Assembly: GCA_046292385.1 (NCBI GenBank)
Contig: JBKBRF010000057.1
Coordinates: forward strand, 1-38,526
Reading direction: 5' to 3'
From: Armatimonadota bacterium
GTDB lineage: Bacteria; Armatimonadota; SYMT01
Length of the DNA stretch: 38,526 bases
Notes under the pieces: generated by a model
What the model saw: only the letters and a program-made list of their open reading frames with translations
What the model was told of the DNA's origin: nothing
Databases searched by the model: none
Made by a program: the position numbers and the translations under genes
Shown: positions 7,609-17,209 of the stretch, piece after piece
Layout of the letters: each line of letters starts with the position of its first letter
How positions within the stretch are numbered: position 1 is the first letter of the stretch

Positions 7609-8970
7609 GTGAATCGGAGCGGGCGCGCTCGGGGTGAGATCGGCATGGTGGCGGGCTTCGTGGCCGCCGTGCTCGGCGTCTCGCTGCTGCTGCTCGCGCT
7701 CTTCGCGCTGTGGGGGCGCCTTACCGCCCACGCGCCGGACCCCGGGGCGCAGCGGATCCTCTTCACCGGCTGGGGCGGGATCATCGAGCGGAAGGTCTTC
7801 ACCGACCTGGTGGCGGAGTTCGAGCGGCGCCACCCGGAGATCGACGTGGAGTACCGCCCCGTCCCGCGCGACTACGTCGCCAAGCTCAAGGTGATGGTGG
7901 CGGGCGGCGCGCCGCCGGACGTCTTCTACGTGCCGGACGGCGACTTCGCCGGCTTCGCGCTAGGCGGCAAGCTGCTGAACCTGGAGCCGTTCGTCGCCCG
8001 CAGCGAGGTGGTGAACCCGGAGGAGATCTGGGAGGCGGGGCTGCGGCGGTACCGCTTCGACGGTCGGGTCTTCGGCCAGGGGCCGCTCTACGCGCTCCCG
8101 AAGGATATCGGCCCTACCGCCATGTACGTGAACCGCGACCTGCTGCGAGCGCAGGGCATCCCGCTGCCGCCCGCGGACCGGCCGCTCACCTGGGACGAGG
8201 CGGAGGCGCTCTGGCGCAGCGCCTCCCGCGATACCGACGGCGACGGGCGGATCGACCAGTGGGGCACGCACGGCTTCGTGATGGAGGCGGCGATCTGGAG
8301 CAACGGGGGCAGGCTGCTGAGCGCGGACGGCCGCCGGTGGGTGCTGCCGGACGACCCGCGCGCCATCGAGGCGCTGGAGTGGCTCGTCTCCCTGCAGGCG
8401 GAGAAGGGTCTCTCCCCGATGGAGCGGCAGCGGCAGTCGATCCCGGTCGACACGCTCTTCCTGACCGGCCGCCTCGCCACCTTCATCGGCGGGCGCTGGA
8501 TGGTGCCGATGTTCCGGAACGCGGAGTTCGACTGGGACGTGGTGCCGGTGCCGGTGAGCCCCCGCACGCGGCGCAAGGAGGGGTGGAGCGGCAGCGTGGG
8601 GCTGGCGATCTCTCCGGGCAGCGCCCACAAAGAAGCGGCGTGGAAGCTGGTGGAGTTCCTGGTCGGCCCGGAGGGCCAGGCGGCGCAGACCCGGACCGGC
8701 TTCCAGGTGCCGAACCAGAAGTCGCTCGCCCGCACGGAGGTCTTCCTCCAGCCGGGGCAGCGCCCGGAGAGCGCGGAGGTCTTCATCGACGCCGCCGAGT
8801 ACCAACAGTCCGGCGTCCCTACCCGCACGCCGGACCACGAGTGGTGGGACCTCTTTATCCGGGAGATCGGGGCGGCCTACCGGGGCGAGAAGAGCGTGAA
8901 GGAGGTGCTCCGCAGCTCGCGCGCGGAGATCCAGACGGCGCTCGACCGCTCCTGGAGCGCGCGGCGGTGA
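7609..8970 (+). CDS. Sugar ABC transporter substrate-binding protein
   Basis: N-terminal TM anchor, FERRHPEIDVE, APPDVF, LYALPKD, KEAAWKLVEFL; start could instead be ATG 7645. Confidence 0.92.
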   Translation: MNRSGRARGEIGMVAGFVAAVLGVSLLLLALFALWGRLTAHAPDPGAQRILFTGWGGIIERKVFTDLVAEFERRHPEIDVEYRPVPRDYVAKLKVMVAGGAPPDVFYVPDGDFAGFALGGKLLNLEPFVARSEVVNPEEIWEAGLRRYRFDGRVFGQGPLYALPKDIGPTAMYVNRDLLRAQGIPLPPADRPLTWDEAEALWRSASRDTDGDGRIDQWGTHGFVMEAAIWSNGGRLLSADGRRWVLPDDPRAIEALEWLVSLQAEKGLSPMERQRQSIPVDTLFLTGRLATFIGGRWMVPMFRNAEFDWDVVPVPVSPRTRRKEGWSGSVGLAISPGSAHKEAAWKLVEFLVGPEGQAAQTRTGFQVPNQKSLARTEVFLQPGQRPESAEVFIDAAEYQQSGVPTRTPDHEWWDLFIREIGAAYRGEKSVKEVLRSSRAEIQTALDRSWSARR

Positions 8971-9872
8971 ACGCGCCCCCCGCAGCTCCCAGGCTGGGCC
9001 GCCGCGCGCGGGAGGAAGCCCGCTGGGCCTACCTCTTCATCCTCGCGCCGTTCGTCGGCTTCACCCTCTTCGGGCTCGGGCCGCTCCTCGCGTCGCTGGT
9101 GCTCAGCCTCTTCGAGTACGACCTGCTCGGCGAGCCGCACTGGGCCGGCGCGGCCAACTTCCGGGGGCTCTGGTCGGACGGCGACTTCTGGACGGCGCTC
9201 CGGAACAGCCTCTTCTACCTGCTGGGCATTCCGATCGGCATGGCGCTCTCCCTGGCGCTGGCGCTCTCGCTCAACCGGATGCGCTTCGCCGCCTTCTTCC
9301 GGTCGCTCTACTTCCTGCCGGCGGTCACCAGCATCGTCTCCGTCTCCCTGCTCTGGACCTGGATCTACAACCCGGAGTTCGGCTGGATGAACACGGTGCT
9401 GGCGCACTTCGGGGTTGCCGGCCCCGCCTGGCTGCAGGACCCGAAGTGGGTGAAGCCCGCCCTGATCCTGATGGGGATCTGGATGAACCTGGGCCACTCC
9501 GTGCTGCTCTACCTGGCGGGTCTGCAGAGCGTGCCCGGCAGCCTGCTGGAGGCGGCCAGCCTGGACGGCGCCGGCCCCGGCGCGCGCTTCCGGCACGTGG
9601 TGTGGCCGCTGCTGACGCCGACCACCTTCTTCATCGCGGTCACCTCGGTGATCGGCTCGCTGCAGATGTTCGGGCAGATCTACCTGATGACGCCCGGCGG
9701 CGGCCCCGATTATTCCGCCGCCACGGTGATGTACTACCTCTGGCAGACCGCGTTTGAGCGGAACCGGATGGGCTACGCGTGCGCGGTCGCCTGGGTGCTC
9801 GGCGCGATGATCCTGACGGCTACGCTGGCGCAGTTCGCCGCCTCCCGCAAGTGGGTGCATTACTCCGAATAG
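8967..9872 (+). CDS. Sugar ABC transporter permease
   Basis: EAASLDGAG (EAA loop), RSLYFLPAVTS, MGYACA; GTGA overlap with the binding-protein stop. Confidence 0.93.
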   Translation: MNAPPAAPRLGRRAREEARWAYLFILAPFVGFTLFGLGPLLASLVLSLFEYDLLGEPHWAGAANFRGLWSDGDFWTALRNSLFYLLGIPIGMALSLALALSLNRMRFAAFFRSLYFLPAVTSIVSVSLLWTWIYNPEFGWMNTVLAHFGVAGPAWLQDPKWVKPALILMGIWMNLGHSVLLYLAGLQSVPGSLLEAASLDGAGPGARFRHVVWPLLTPTTFFIAVTSVIGSLQMFGQIYLMTPGGGPDYSAATVMYYLWQTAFERNRMGYACAVAWVLGAMILTATLAQFAASRKWVHYSE

Positions 9873-9897
9873 CGGGGTTTGCTTGCCGGGGAGCGGT

Positions 9898-10066
9898 TGC
9901 TGCTATTGCGTATTTCGTATTGCGTATTGCGTAGCGGCTTGCTGCGCACGCTTTTCGATAGATCCTGCCGGGCGAAAGGCTTGAATCCAGCGGTCGGCCC
10001 GGCAGGATGTTGGGGTGCCGCGGGACAGGCGTTCCGCTACGCAATACGGAATACGCAATAGCAGCA
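9898..10066. mobile_element. Family B MITE-like element with TATTGCG heptamer terminal inverted repeats
   Basis: Long terminal IRs TGCTGCTATTGCG...GTAGCGG / CCGCTAC...CGCAATAGCAGCA; inner IR ATCCTGCCGGGC / GCCCGGCAGGAT; homologous copies at 17210-17530. Confidence 0.65.
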
Positions 10067-10086
10067 CCCGGCAGAGAGTAACACCG

Positions 10087-10917
10087 ATGAAAGACCGCCC
10101 CAGCCCCGGTAGCATCGCCGCCCGCGCGTTAGTCCTCCTCGGTGCCTTCGGAACGCTGCTGCCGTTCTGGTGGATGGTCTCCACGGCGCTGCAGAGCCCG
10201 GCGGGGGTGTTTCAGCAGCCGCCGGAGTGGTTTCCGGAAGACCCGCGCTGGAGCAACTTCGTGCGGGTGACGCAGGTGGTGCCGTTCTGGCGCGGACTGC
10301 TGAACACGCTGATCCTGACGGTGCCGCCGCTGGTGGGAGGGCTCCTCGCCTCCGCGCTGGCGGCCTACGCCTTCGCGCGGCTCCGCTTTCCCGGCCGCGA
10401 CGGGCTCTTCGGCGCGCTGCTGGCGACGATGATGATCCCCGGCGCCGTCACCCTGATCCCGCTCTTCGTCTTCTTCCGGGAGCTGCAGTGGGTCGATACG
10501 TTCCGCCCGCTGATCGTCCCGGGCCTGTTCGGGGGCGCCTACGCCGTCTTCTTCATGCGGCAGTACTTCCGCACGCTCCCGCCCGACCTGGACGAGGCGG
10601 CGCGCATCGACGGCTGCAACCCGCTGCAGAGCTTCTGGAAGATCAACCTACCCCTGGCCCACGCGCCGCTCGCCACGCTCGGCGTCTTCGGCTTCCTGGG
10701 CGGCTGGAACGACTTCATGGGGCCGCTCATCTACCTGAACAGCCCGGAGCGGTTCCCGCTGCAGCTGGTGCTGGCGGAGTTCCAGAGCCTCTACTACACC
10801 GACTGGTCACTCATCATGGCCAGCGCCACCCTGGCCAGCCTGCCGGTGATCCTGCTCTACCTCGCCGCCCAGCGCTACGTCGTAGAAGGCATCGCCGCCA
10901 CCGGACTCAAAGGATAG
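10087..10917 (+). CDS. Carbohydrate ABC transporter permease
   Basis: AAYAFARLRFPGR, LDEAARIDGC, WNDFMGPLIYL, C-terminal TGLKG. Confidence 0.94.
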   Translation: MKDRPSPGSIAARALVLLGAFGTLLPFWWMVSTALQSPAGVFQQPPEWFPEDPRWSNFVRVTQVVPFWRGLLNTLILTVPPLVGGLLASALAAYAFARLRFPGRDGLFGALLATMMIPGAVTLIPLFVFFRELQWVDTFRPLIVPGLFGGAYAVFFMRQYFRTLPPDLDEAARIDGCNPLQSFWKINLPLAHAPLATLGVFGFLGGWNDFMGPLIYLNSPERFPLQLVLAEFQSLYYTDWSLIMASATLASLPVILLYLAAQRYVVEGIAATGLKG

Positions 10918-11063
10918 TTCGGAGTGCAGAGGGCGGAGTGCAGAGGACCGAACCCCACGTGCGGAGGGTTTGAATTCCGCCCTCTGCACTCCGTCCTCTG
11001 CCCTTAAGAACATCCCCCCATCCCCAATAACATCCCCCTATCCCCTTTTCTTACACGGTTCGG
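10917..11063. repeat. Family E element (GGAGTGCAGAGG palindrome plus CATCCCCC array)
   Basis: Reverse complement aligns with 31677-31806 and 30278-30348. Confidence 0.7.
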
Positions 11064-11066
11064 TTC

Positions 11067-12026
11067 TTACACAGCCTGTACCAGGGAAGCGGCGGCGGTG
11101 AGCTGGTCTGGGGTGGCGGGGATGGCGCCGAAGCGAGCGAGGGTCTTCGCGGTGCCGAGGGGGTCTCCGGCGATCGCCTCGTAGTCCAGCTCCAGGTAGC
11201 CGCCCGGGTGGGCTCGGTAGCGCTCGCACTCGGCGACGTAGAGGCGCCAGAGCTCTTTGCTCACCGCCGGGTCTTCGCAGCGCTGCCGCTCCGCCGCCGT
11301 CTCCGCCGGCACCAGCCCCAGGCGCCACGCCAGCCGGCGCGCCGTCAGCCCCGGGTTCTGCAGCCACCAGCGCAGCCGCTGCGCGGGCGGGAGCGGCGTG
11401 CCGTCGCGGCGGGGCGGCGCCTGCGCGGCGGCGCGGCGGGCGAGGCTGCGGGCGACCGCCTCCGGATCGCGCCGGACGTGGATCAGCCGCGCTTGCGGAA
11501 ACGCCTTCAGCCAGTACGGGAGCGTAAGGCTGGTGCGCGGATCCTTCCATCCCCACGCCCCGCGCCAACCTTCGGGCCGACCCGCCAGGAACTCCTCCCC
11601 GCTGCGCCCCTCCAGCGCGCGGAGCAGGCGCTCGCCGTAGGGATCCTCCGCCCGCCCGCGCGCCTGGAGGAACGGGGTAACCCGGTCCCACTCGGCGCGG
11701 GCGCTCTTCAGGAGCGACTCGTTGATCTCCCGGAACGGGAGCGCCTCGCCGTAGCCGGCGCGGCGAAGCGCTTCCTGCACCTCCGGGGGATCCGAGGGAG
11801 CGGGAAACCGCAGGTCCGGGCCCATGTAGACTCCCAGCGCGTGGAGCATCCCCGCCACCAGGCTGGTCCCGGAACGGTGCATCCCAATCAGGATGATCGG
11901 CGGCGGCAGGTGCCGGAACCGGGCACACGGCGTGTCGCCGCCGGCGGCAGTGTGCGGCGCCGCGCCGTCCCGGCGCGGCGGAACGGCCGCCGCGGCCTGG
12001 CGCAGGCACCTCTGGCCATTCTGCAA
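11067..12026 (-). CDS. Sulfotransferase family protein (true start probably downstream of 12026)
   Basis: IIL-IGMHRSGTS 5'-PSB loop, WGWKDPR, IHVRRDPEAVARSL. Confidence 0.85.
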   Translation of the reverse strand: MQNGQRCLRQAAAAVPPRRDGAAPHTAAGGDTPCARFRHLPPPIILIGMHRSGTSLVAGMLHALGVYMGPDLRFPAPSDPPEVQEALRRAGYGEALPFREINESLLKSARAEWDRVTPFLQARGRAEDPYGERLLRALEGRSGEEFLAGRPEGWRGAWGWKDPRTSLTLPYWLKAFPQARLIHVRRDPEAVARSLARRAAAQAPPRRDGTPLPPAQRLRWWLQNPGLTARRLAWRLGLVPAETAAERQRCEDPAVSKELWRLYVAECERYRAHPGGYLELDYEAIAGDPLGTAKTLARFGAIPATPDQLTAAASLVQAV

Positions 12027-12502
12027 GATAGATCCTCTGGGGCGATCGCCCTCGCTCCACGCCCGGGGAGATTCGCGCGTGACGTGGGGAGAGGAACTCA
12101 GAAGGATCCGGCAGAATGCAAAGGTGAGATACGAAACCCTCGTGTTCTCAAGCGGTCACAGGTCGTACCAGGGCCTGTGACCGCATCCCACCTCACGCTC
12201 GCGGCCTCGCGTGGGCCTCTCCCCACGCTCCCACAGACGCTTTTAGGCGCCGTTGAGTTCAGACTATCCGCTCCTTAGTCGGTCCTTAGGCGAGCAGGGC
12301 GGCGCCAGCTCGCTTGCGCGCCGCATGAGTCGGCGACGAGGGAGAGCGCCCTCGGCCGCGAGCCCCCACTCCGCCTCGACCCCGCTCGCGCCAAACCCGG
12401 TTCCGTCTCGGTCTCACCGCGGCCCGGGGCAGGAGCTTCCGGCCCCGCGGGAGTAGAGGTAGGGGAGGACGGGACCTGCCCTGCGGGGCTGCGGAGACGA
12501 GG

Positions 12503-13486
12503 ATGATCGACTTGAGCGCGCTGCCGATGCGCATCGGGTTGGGACAGTTCAAGGAGCTGACGGACGAGCAGCTCCTGTTCGTGAAGCAGTGCGGATGTGA
12601 TGACGTGCTGCTGAACACGCCGGCACTGCCGGGCGAGGAGCGTTGGGAGTATGCCGACCTCCTGGCGCTGCGCGAGCGAGCGGAGGCGGGCGGGCTGCGC
12701 CTGATGGCGCTGGAGAACGTCCCGATCGGGTTCTACGACCGCATTATGCTCGGCCTGCCGGGGCGGGAAGAGCAGCTCCGGAACATGCAGGAGACGGTCC
12801 GGAACATGGGCCGGGCGGGGATTCCGATCCTCGGCTATCACTGGATGCCGAACGGCGTCTGGCGCTCCACGCAGCTCCAGCCGGTGCGCGGCGGAGCGGT
12901 GGCGACCGCGTTCGACCTGGAGGAGGCCCGGAACGCCCCGCTCACCCATGGGTGCGTCTACTCCGAAGAGGAGCTCTGGGCCACGTACGACTGGTATCTG
13001 GAGCGCATGCTGCCGGTCTGCGAGGAGGCGGGCGTGCGGATGGCGCTGCATCCGGATGATCCCCCAGTGCCGTCGCTCGGCGGCATCCCGCGCCTCTTCC
13101 GCAACTTCGAGGGCTTCCAGCGCGCGCTGGAGTTCCATCACAGCCCCATGCACGGGCTCGACTTCTGCCACGGCTGCTGGTCCGAGATGCGCGGCGGAGA
13201 AGGGGTGCTGGAGGCGATCCGCTACTTCGGCTCCCGCGGGCGGATTTTCTACATGCACCTGCGCGACGTGGTCGGCACGGCGGAGCGGTTTACGGAGGTC
13301 TTCCTGGGCGATGGCAACGTCGACCCGGTGGAGGTGATCCGGGCGCTGAAGGAAGTCGGCTTCAACGGCTTCATCATCGACGACCACGTGCCGCACATGG
13401 TCAACGATACGCCGTGGGCGCACCGCGGCCGCGCCTGGAGCACCGGCTACCTGCAGGGCCTCCTCGCCGCCGCGAACCGGCTGTAG
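12503..13486 (+). CDS. uxuA: Mannonate dehydratase (UxuA-like)
   Basis: MALHPDDPP, GLDFCHGCWSEM, HLRDV, FLGDGNVD, DDHVPHM; GAGG RBS. Confidence 0.85.
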   Translation: MIDLSALPMRIGLGQFKELTDEQLLFVKQCGCDDVLLNTPALPGEERWEYADLLALRERAEAGGLRLMALENVPIGFYDRIMLGLPGREEQLRNMQETVRNMGRAGIPILGYHWMPNGVWRSTQLQPVRGGAVATAFDLEEARNAPLTHGCVYSEEELWATYDWYLERMLPVCEEAGVRMALHPDDPPVPSLGGIPRLFRNFEGFQRALEFHHSPMHGLDFCHGCWSEMRGGEGVLEAIRYFGSRGRIFYMHLRDVVGTAERFTEVFLGDGNVDPVEVIRALKEVGFNGFIIDDHVPHMVNDTPWAHRGRAWSTGYLQGLLAAANRL

Positions 13487-13511
13487 CTGCCGGCCGAGCC
13501 CCAGAAACGAG

Positions 13512-13548
13512 GAAGACGCTCCGGGGCAGGTCTCTCCGGAGCGTCTTC
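13512..13548. terminator. Hairpin between convergent genes (possible bidirectional terminator)
   Basis: Perfect 13-bp stem GAAGACGCTCCGG / CCGGAGCGTCTTC. Confidence 0.6.
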
Positions 13549-13589
13549 TCGCTACCACGGCTTTGCGCCGCGGCCGGCAGCGCGGCGGG

Positions 13590-14927
13590 CTACTTCTCCG
13601 CGATGCAGTAGAGCGACTGGTGCCCGCGGAGGAACAGCTCCTTCCCTACGGCGACCGGCGAGGCGTCGAAGCGGTCGTCCAGCTTGTTCCGGGCCAGCAC
13701 TTCCAGCTTCTCGCCGTCCTTGATCACCACCGCGGCGCCGTTGCGGCCGAGGAGGTAGACGCGTCCGTCCGCGCCGAGCGGGGAGGCGTAAACGCCGATC
13801 AGCTCCGGGATGCGCTCCGCGTCGATCAGCGGCTTGCCGGTCTTCGCGTCGAAGCACGAGAGGATGCCGGCGTTGTTGGAGAGGAAGTAGAGCCGGTCGT
13901 GGTAGAGGAGCGGCGACGGCACGTACGGCGTGCTCTTGTTGTGGCTCCAGACGATCGCGTCGGTGCCGGTCAGGTCCCCCTCCCGGCCGAGCCGGATCGC
14001 CAGGAGCGCGTTTCCGCGGAAGCCGCTCATCGCGTAGACCACGCCGTCCGCCGTCACCGGGGTGGGGATCGTGTTGGCGGTCAGCCCCGCGCACTCCCAG
14101 ACCAGCTTGCCGGTCTCCAGGTCGTAGCTGCGGATCCGGTTCGTCGCCGCGGTCACCACCTGCGTCCGGCCGCCGTGCTCCACGATGAGCGGGGTCGACC
14201 ACGAGGTGCTCTCGTCCCGCGGCTGCCGCCAGCGCTCTTCGCCGGTCTTCTTGTCGAGCGCCGCGATGAAGTCGTCGCCCTCGTGGTCCCAGTTCACGAC
14301 CAGTGTGTCGCCGTGCAGCGCGGGCGAGCTGCCCTCTCCGAAGCCGTTGCGGGTGCGCATGCGGCCGAGGTCCTTCGACCACTTGTGCTGCCCGTCCAGC
14401 GAGTAGCAGTGGAGCCCGCGGGAGCCGAAGAAGGACCACACGTGCTCCCCATCGGTCACCGGAGAGTGCGAGGAGAAGCCGTGGTCCGGGTGGTGCCCCT
14501 CGTGCGGGATCTCTTCCTTCGCCACCCGCTCCCAGAGCGTCTTGCCGGTGGCGCGGTCCAGGCAGAGAAGGGTGAAGCGGTACGGCTCCGTCGGCTGGAT
14601 GGAGCGGGGCGCGCCGCCTCCCCCTCCGGTCTCCGCGTCCGCCACTTTGCCGCTCGCCGGCACCGCGGTCTGCACGAAGATCCGGTCGCCCCAGATAATC
14701 GGCGTGGAGGTGCCGCTGCCCGGCAGCTTCACCTTCCACTTCACGTTGCTCTCCTCGCTCCAGGTGATCGGCGGGGTGGCGGTAGCGGTCACGCCGGAGG
14801 CGAGCGGCCCGCGCCACTGCGGCCAGCTCTGCTCCGCCACGCCTGGCGCGGCCTGGGCGGCGCAGATCCCGGCGGAGAGCAGCCCGAGAGCGGCGGTCAG
14901 ACGGAGGGGTCGAGGGAAAGCGCGCAT
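13590..14927 (-). CDS. Secreted PQQ-binding-like (BamB-like) beta-propeller protein
   Basis: Signal peptide, WPQWRGP, repeated xxD..TG...W blades, SSP/STP motifs. Confidence 0.9.
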   Translation of the reverse strand: MRAFPRPLRLTAALGLLSAGICAAQAAPGVAEQSWPQWRGPLASGVTATATPPITWSEESNVKWKVKLPGSGTSTPIIWGDRIFVQTAVPASGKVADAETGGGGGAPRSIQPTEPYRFTLLCLDRATGKTLWERVAKEEIPHEGHHPDHGFSSHSPVTDGEHVWSFFGSRGLHCYSLDGQHKWSKDLGRMRTRNGFGEGSSPALHGDTLVVNWDHEGDDFIAALDKKTGEERWRQPRDESTSWSTPLIVEHGGRTQVVTAATNRIRSYDLETGKLVWECAGLTANTIPTPVTADGVVYAMSGFRGNALLAIRLGREGDLTGTDAIVWSHNKSTPYVPSPLLYHDRLYFLSNNAGILSCFDAKTGKPLIDAERIPELIGVYASPLGADGRVYLLGRNGAAVVIKDGEKLEVLARNKLDDRFDASPVAVGKELFLRGHQSLYCIAEK

Positions 14928-15107
14928 GGAGAGACTCCTCTTCGGGTCGGCTGCACCGGCGGCAGGAGGTCGAGCGAGAACGGCCGGTCACCAGTTCGAC
15001 AGACCTTCCCCCGTTCCTACGCGCCGGGCGGCGGTCCAGTCAGCCCCCTCGGGGCAGAACGGGAGGTGCGGAGCCTCCACAGCGCCAACGATGGCGCGGC
15101 GGGGCGC

Positions 15108-15277
15108 GGTTGCAGGTTTGCAAGTTTGCAGGTTGCAGGTTGGATCACCGGAGGCCGGCGTTCCAAACCTGGAGCCCGCCAACCTGCAACCTGAGAACTG
15201 AATGCGGGGATTGCAGGTTGGACCACCGGGGGCGGGGTTCCAAACCTGAAACCTGCTAACCTGCAACCTGATAACTG
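15108..15277. repeat. Family A element, two tandem palindromic units
   Basis: TGCAGGTTGGA-(c/t)CACCGG...TTCCAAACCTG...AACCTGCAACCTGA occurs twice. Confidence 0.75.
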
Positions 15278-15295
15278 GACGCGGGGAGGTGGGGT

Positions 15296-16264
15296 GTGAT
15301 TTCGGAGCGGTGCAGGCAGATCCTGCGGGAGGCGGACCGGCAGATCCTGGCGCTCGTCTCCGGAGGGCGCTACCCGCTCTACCAGTACCTGCGGGAGACG
15401 GCCCACGCGCTCGCCCGCACCGACGCCTTCTACGTCGGCTTCTGCCGGGACGACCGCACCATCGTCTTTCCTTACAACTACGACGGCGAGGAGTACGACG
15501 ACCCGAACGTTCACCCCTACGTCCGCGGCGGCCTGACCGAGTGGATCCTGGCGCACCGCCGGGCCTACTGGTCGCGCCAGGACGACGGCCGTCTCCTCGC
15601 CACCGGCCGCCGCTTCGGGGACACGCGGCGGGTCTCCGCGGAGGCGATCGCCGCGCCGCTCCTCTCCCGCGAGCGCGGCGGCCGGCCGCAGGTCTTCGGC
15701 ATCCTCTCGATGCAGTCGTACGTGCCGGGGGTCTATTCCGAGGAGACGGTCCACTGCCTGCAGCACCTGGCCGACAGCCTCGCCACGGCGCTGCGGCGGG
15801 AAGAGGAAGACGCGGAGCGTCGCCGGCGCCTGGAAGCAGCGCCCGCTCCCCGGCCGCCCGGCGTGCCGGACGCGGTGGAGCTGCTGGGGGAGCGGCTGAA
15901 GCTGATCCGCCGGCGCGCGGCGGCGCTGCGGGCGCTCCTGCCCGAAGGCGACTCGGCCCTCCGTGAGGCTGCCGAGGAGCTCTGCCGCGCCTGCGAGGAG
16001 GGCCAGACGGAAGCGGTGGAGCTGCTGCTGCGCTGCCTCTCTCCCGGTGAGAGCCCGCTCCACCGGCTCACGGAGAAGGAGCGGGAGGTGGCGGAGCTGC
16101 TGGTCCAGGGCTGCAGCAACCGGGAGATCGGCCGGCGTCTCTTCATCTCGGAGACGACCGCCAAGACGCACTGCTCGAACATCATCCGCAAGCTGGAAGC
16201 GGGAGGCCGCAGCGGGGTGGCGCAGCTCCTCCGGCCTTACCTGCGCTCTACTCCGTCGGAGTAG
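15296..16264 (+). CDS. GAF-domain / LuxR-type HTH transcriptional regulator
   Basis: GAF-like IAAPLL...GILSMQSY; C-terminal LTEKEREVAELLVQGCSNREIGRRLFISETTAKTH; GGAGG RBS. Confidence 0.88.
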   Translation: MISERCRQILREADRQILALVSGGRYPLYQYLRETAHALARTDAFYVGFCRDDRTIVFPYNYDGEEYDDPNVHPYVRGGLTEWILAHRRAYWSRQDDGRLLATGRRFGDTRRVSAEAIAAPLLSRERGGRPQVFGILSMQSYVPGVYSEETVHCLQHLADSLATALRREEEDAERRRRLEAAPAPRPPGVPDAVELLGERLKLIRRRAAALRALLPEGDSALREAAEELCRACEEGQTEAVELLLRCLSPGESPLHRLTEKEREVAELLVQGCSNREIGRRLFISETTAKTHCSNIIRKLEAGGRSGVAQLLRPYLRSTPSE

Positions 16265-16381
16265 ACACCTCTCTCCCTTCGGATGAGGCGGAAAGATCGC
16301 CCGCCCGCGTACGGACCGCGCGGCGTCCGGTGAGCTAGAGTGAGACCGCACTCCACTCCCCGCTGTGAAAGGAGACCTCCG

Positions 16382-17206
16382 ATGCGATCCGACTCCCGAG
16401 CCCCGCTCTCCCGCCGGCACTTCTGCGCCCTGGCCGGCACCCTGCTCGCCGCCCCGGCGGCAGCCGTCGCCTCCGCCGAGGAGGAGCTGCCCGAGGCAGC
16501 CCGCCTCTTCGGCGACTACGACGGCGCTTTCGTCCTCCGCAGCATGCGGGACGGACGCACCCTCCGCTACCAGCCGAAGCGCTGCGCCCAGCGGTTCGCG
16601 CCCTGCTCCACCTTCAAGATCCCGAACTCGCTGATCGGGCTGGAGACCGGGGTGATCCCGAGCCTCGACTACGAGATGAAGTGGGACGGAAAGAAGCGGC
16701 ACATCGAGTCGCACAACCGCGACCACACCCTCCGGACCGCCTACCGCGACTCCGTGCTCTGGTATTACGAGCGGCTGGCGGAGCGGGTCGGCACGGAGCG
16801 GATGCGCCGCTTCGTCCGCGAATTCCGCTACGGGGATCAGAACGTCCCCGACGGCGGGGAGCAGTTCTGGCTCGACGCGCTCACGATCTCACCGAATGAG
16901 CAGGTCGAGTTCCTGGAGCGCTTCTACCGCTACGAGCTGCCGGTCTCCCGCCGCACCATGGAGCAGGTCCGGGAGATCATGGTGGCGGAGAAGACGGAGC
17001 GCGGCACCCTCCGCGGTAAAACCGGCACCCAGGGTTACGCGAAGGACGGGAAGCTCTTCGCCACCTACGGCTGGTACGTCGGCTGGGTGGAGCACGACGG
17101 CACGGCGCACCTCTTCGCGGCGCACCTCTCCGGCGGCGAGAACCCGATCGGCTTCACGGCGCGCCAGGTCGTAACCGAGCTCCTGCGCGGGCGCGGCCTG
17201 CTGTGA
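16382..17206 (+). CDS. Class D (OXA-like) beta-lactamase with Tat signal peptide
   Basis: SRRHF Tat motif; STFK, SVL (SxV variant), YGD (YGN variant), FWLD, KTG; AAAGGAG RBS. Confidence 0.87.
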   Translation: MRSDSRAPLSRRHFCALAGTLLAAPAAAVASAEEELPEAARLFGDYDGAFVLRSMRDGRTLRYQPKRCAQRFAPCSTFKIPNSLIGLETGVIPSLDYEMKWDGKKRHIESHNRDHTLRTAYRDSVLWYYERLAERVGTERMRRFVREFRYGDQNVPDGGEQFWLDALTISPNEQVEFLERFYRYELPVSRRTMEQVREIMVAEKTERGTLRGKTGTQGYAKDGKLFATYGWYVGWVEHDGTAHLFAAHLSGGENPIGFTARQVVTELLRGRGLL

Positions 17207-17209
17207 GGA

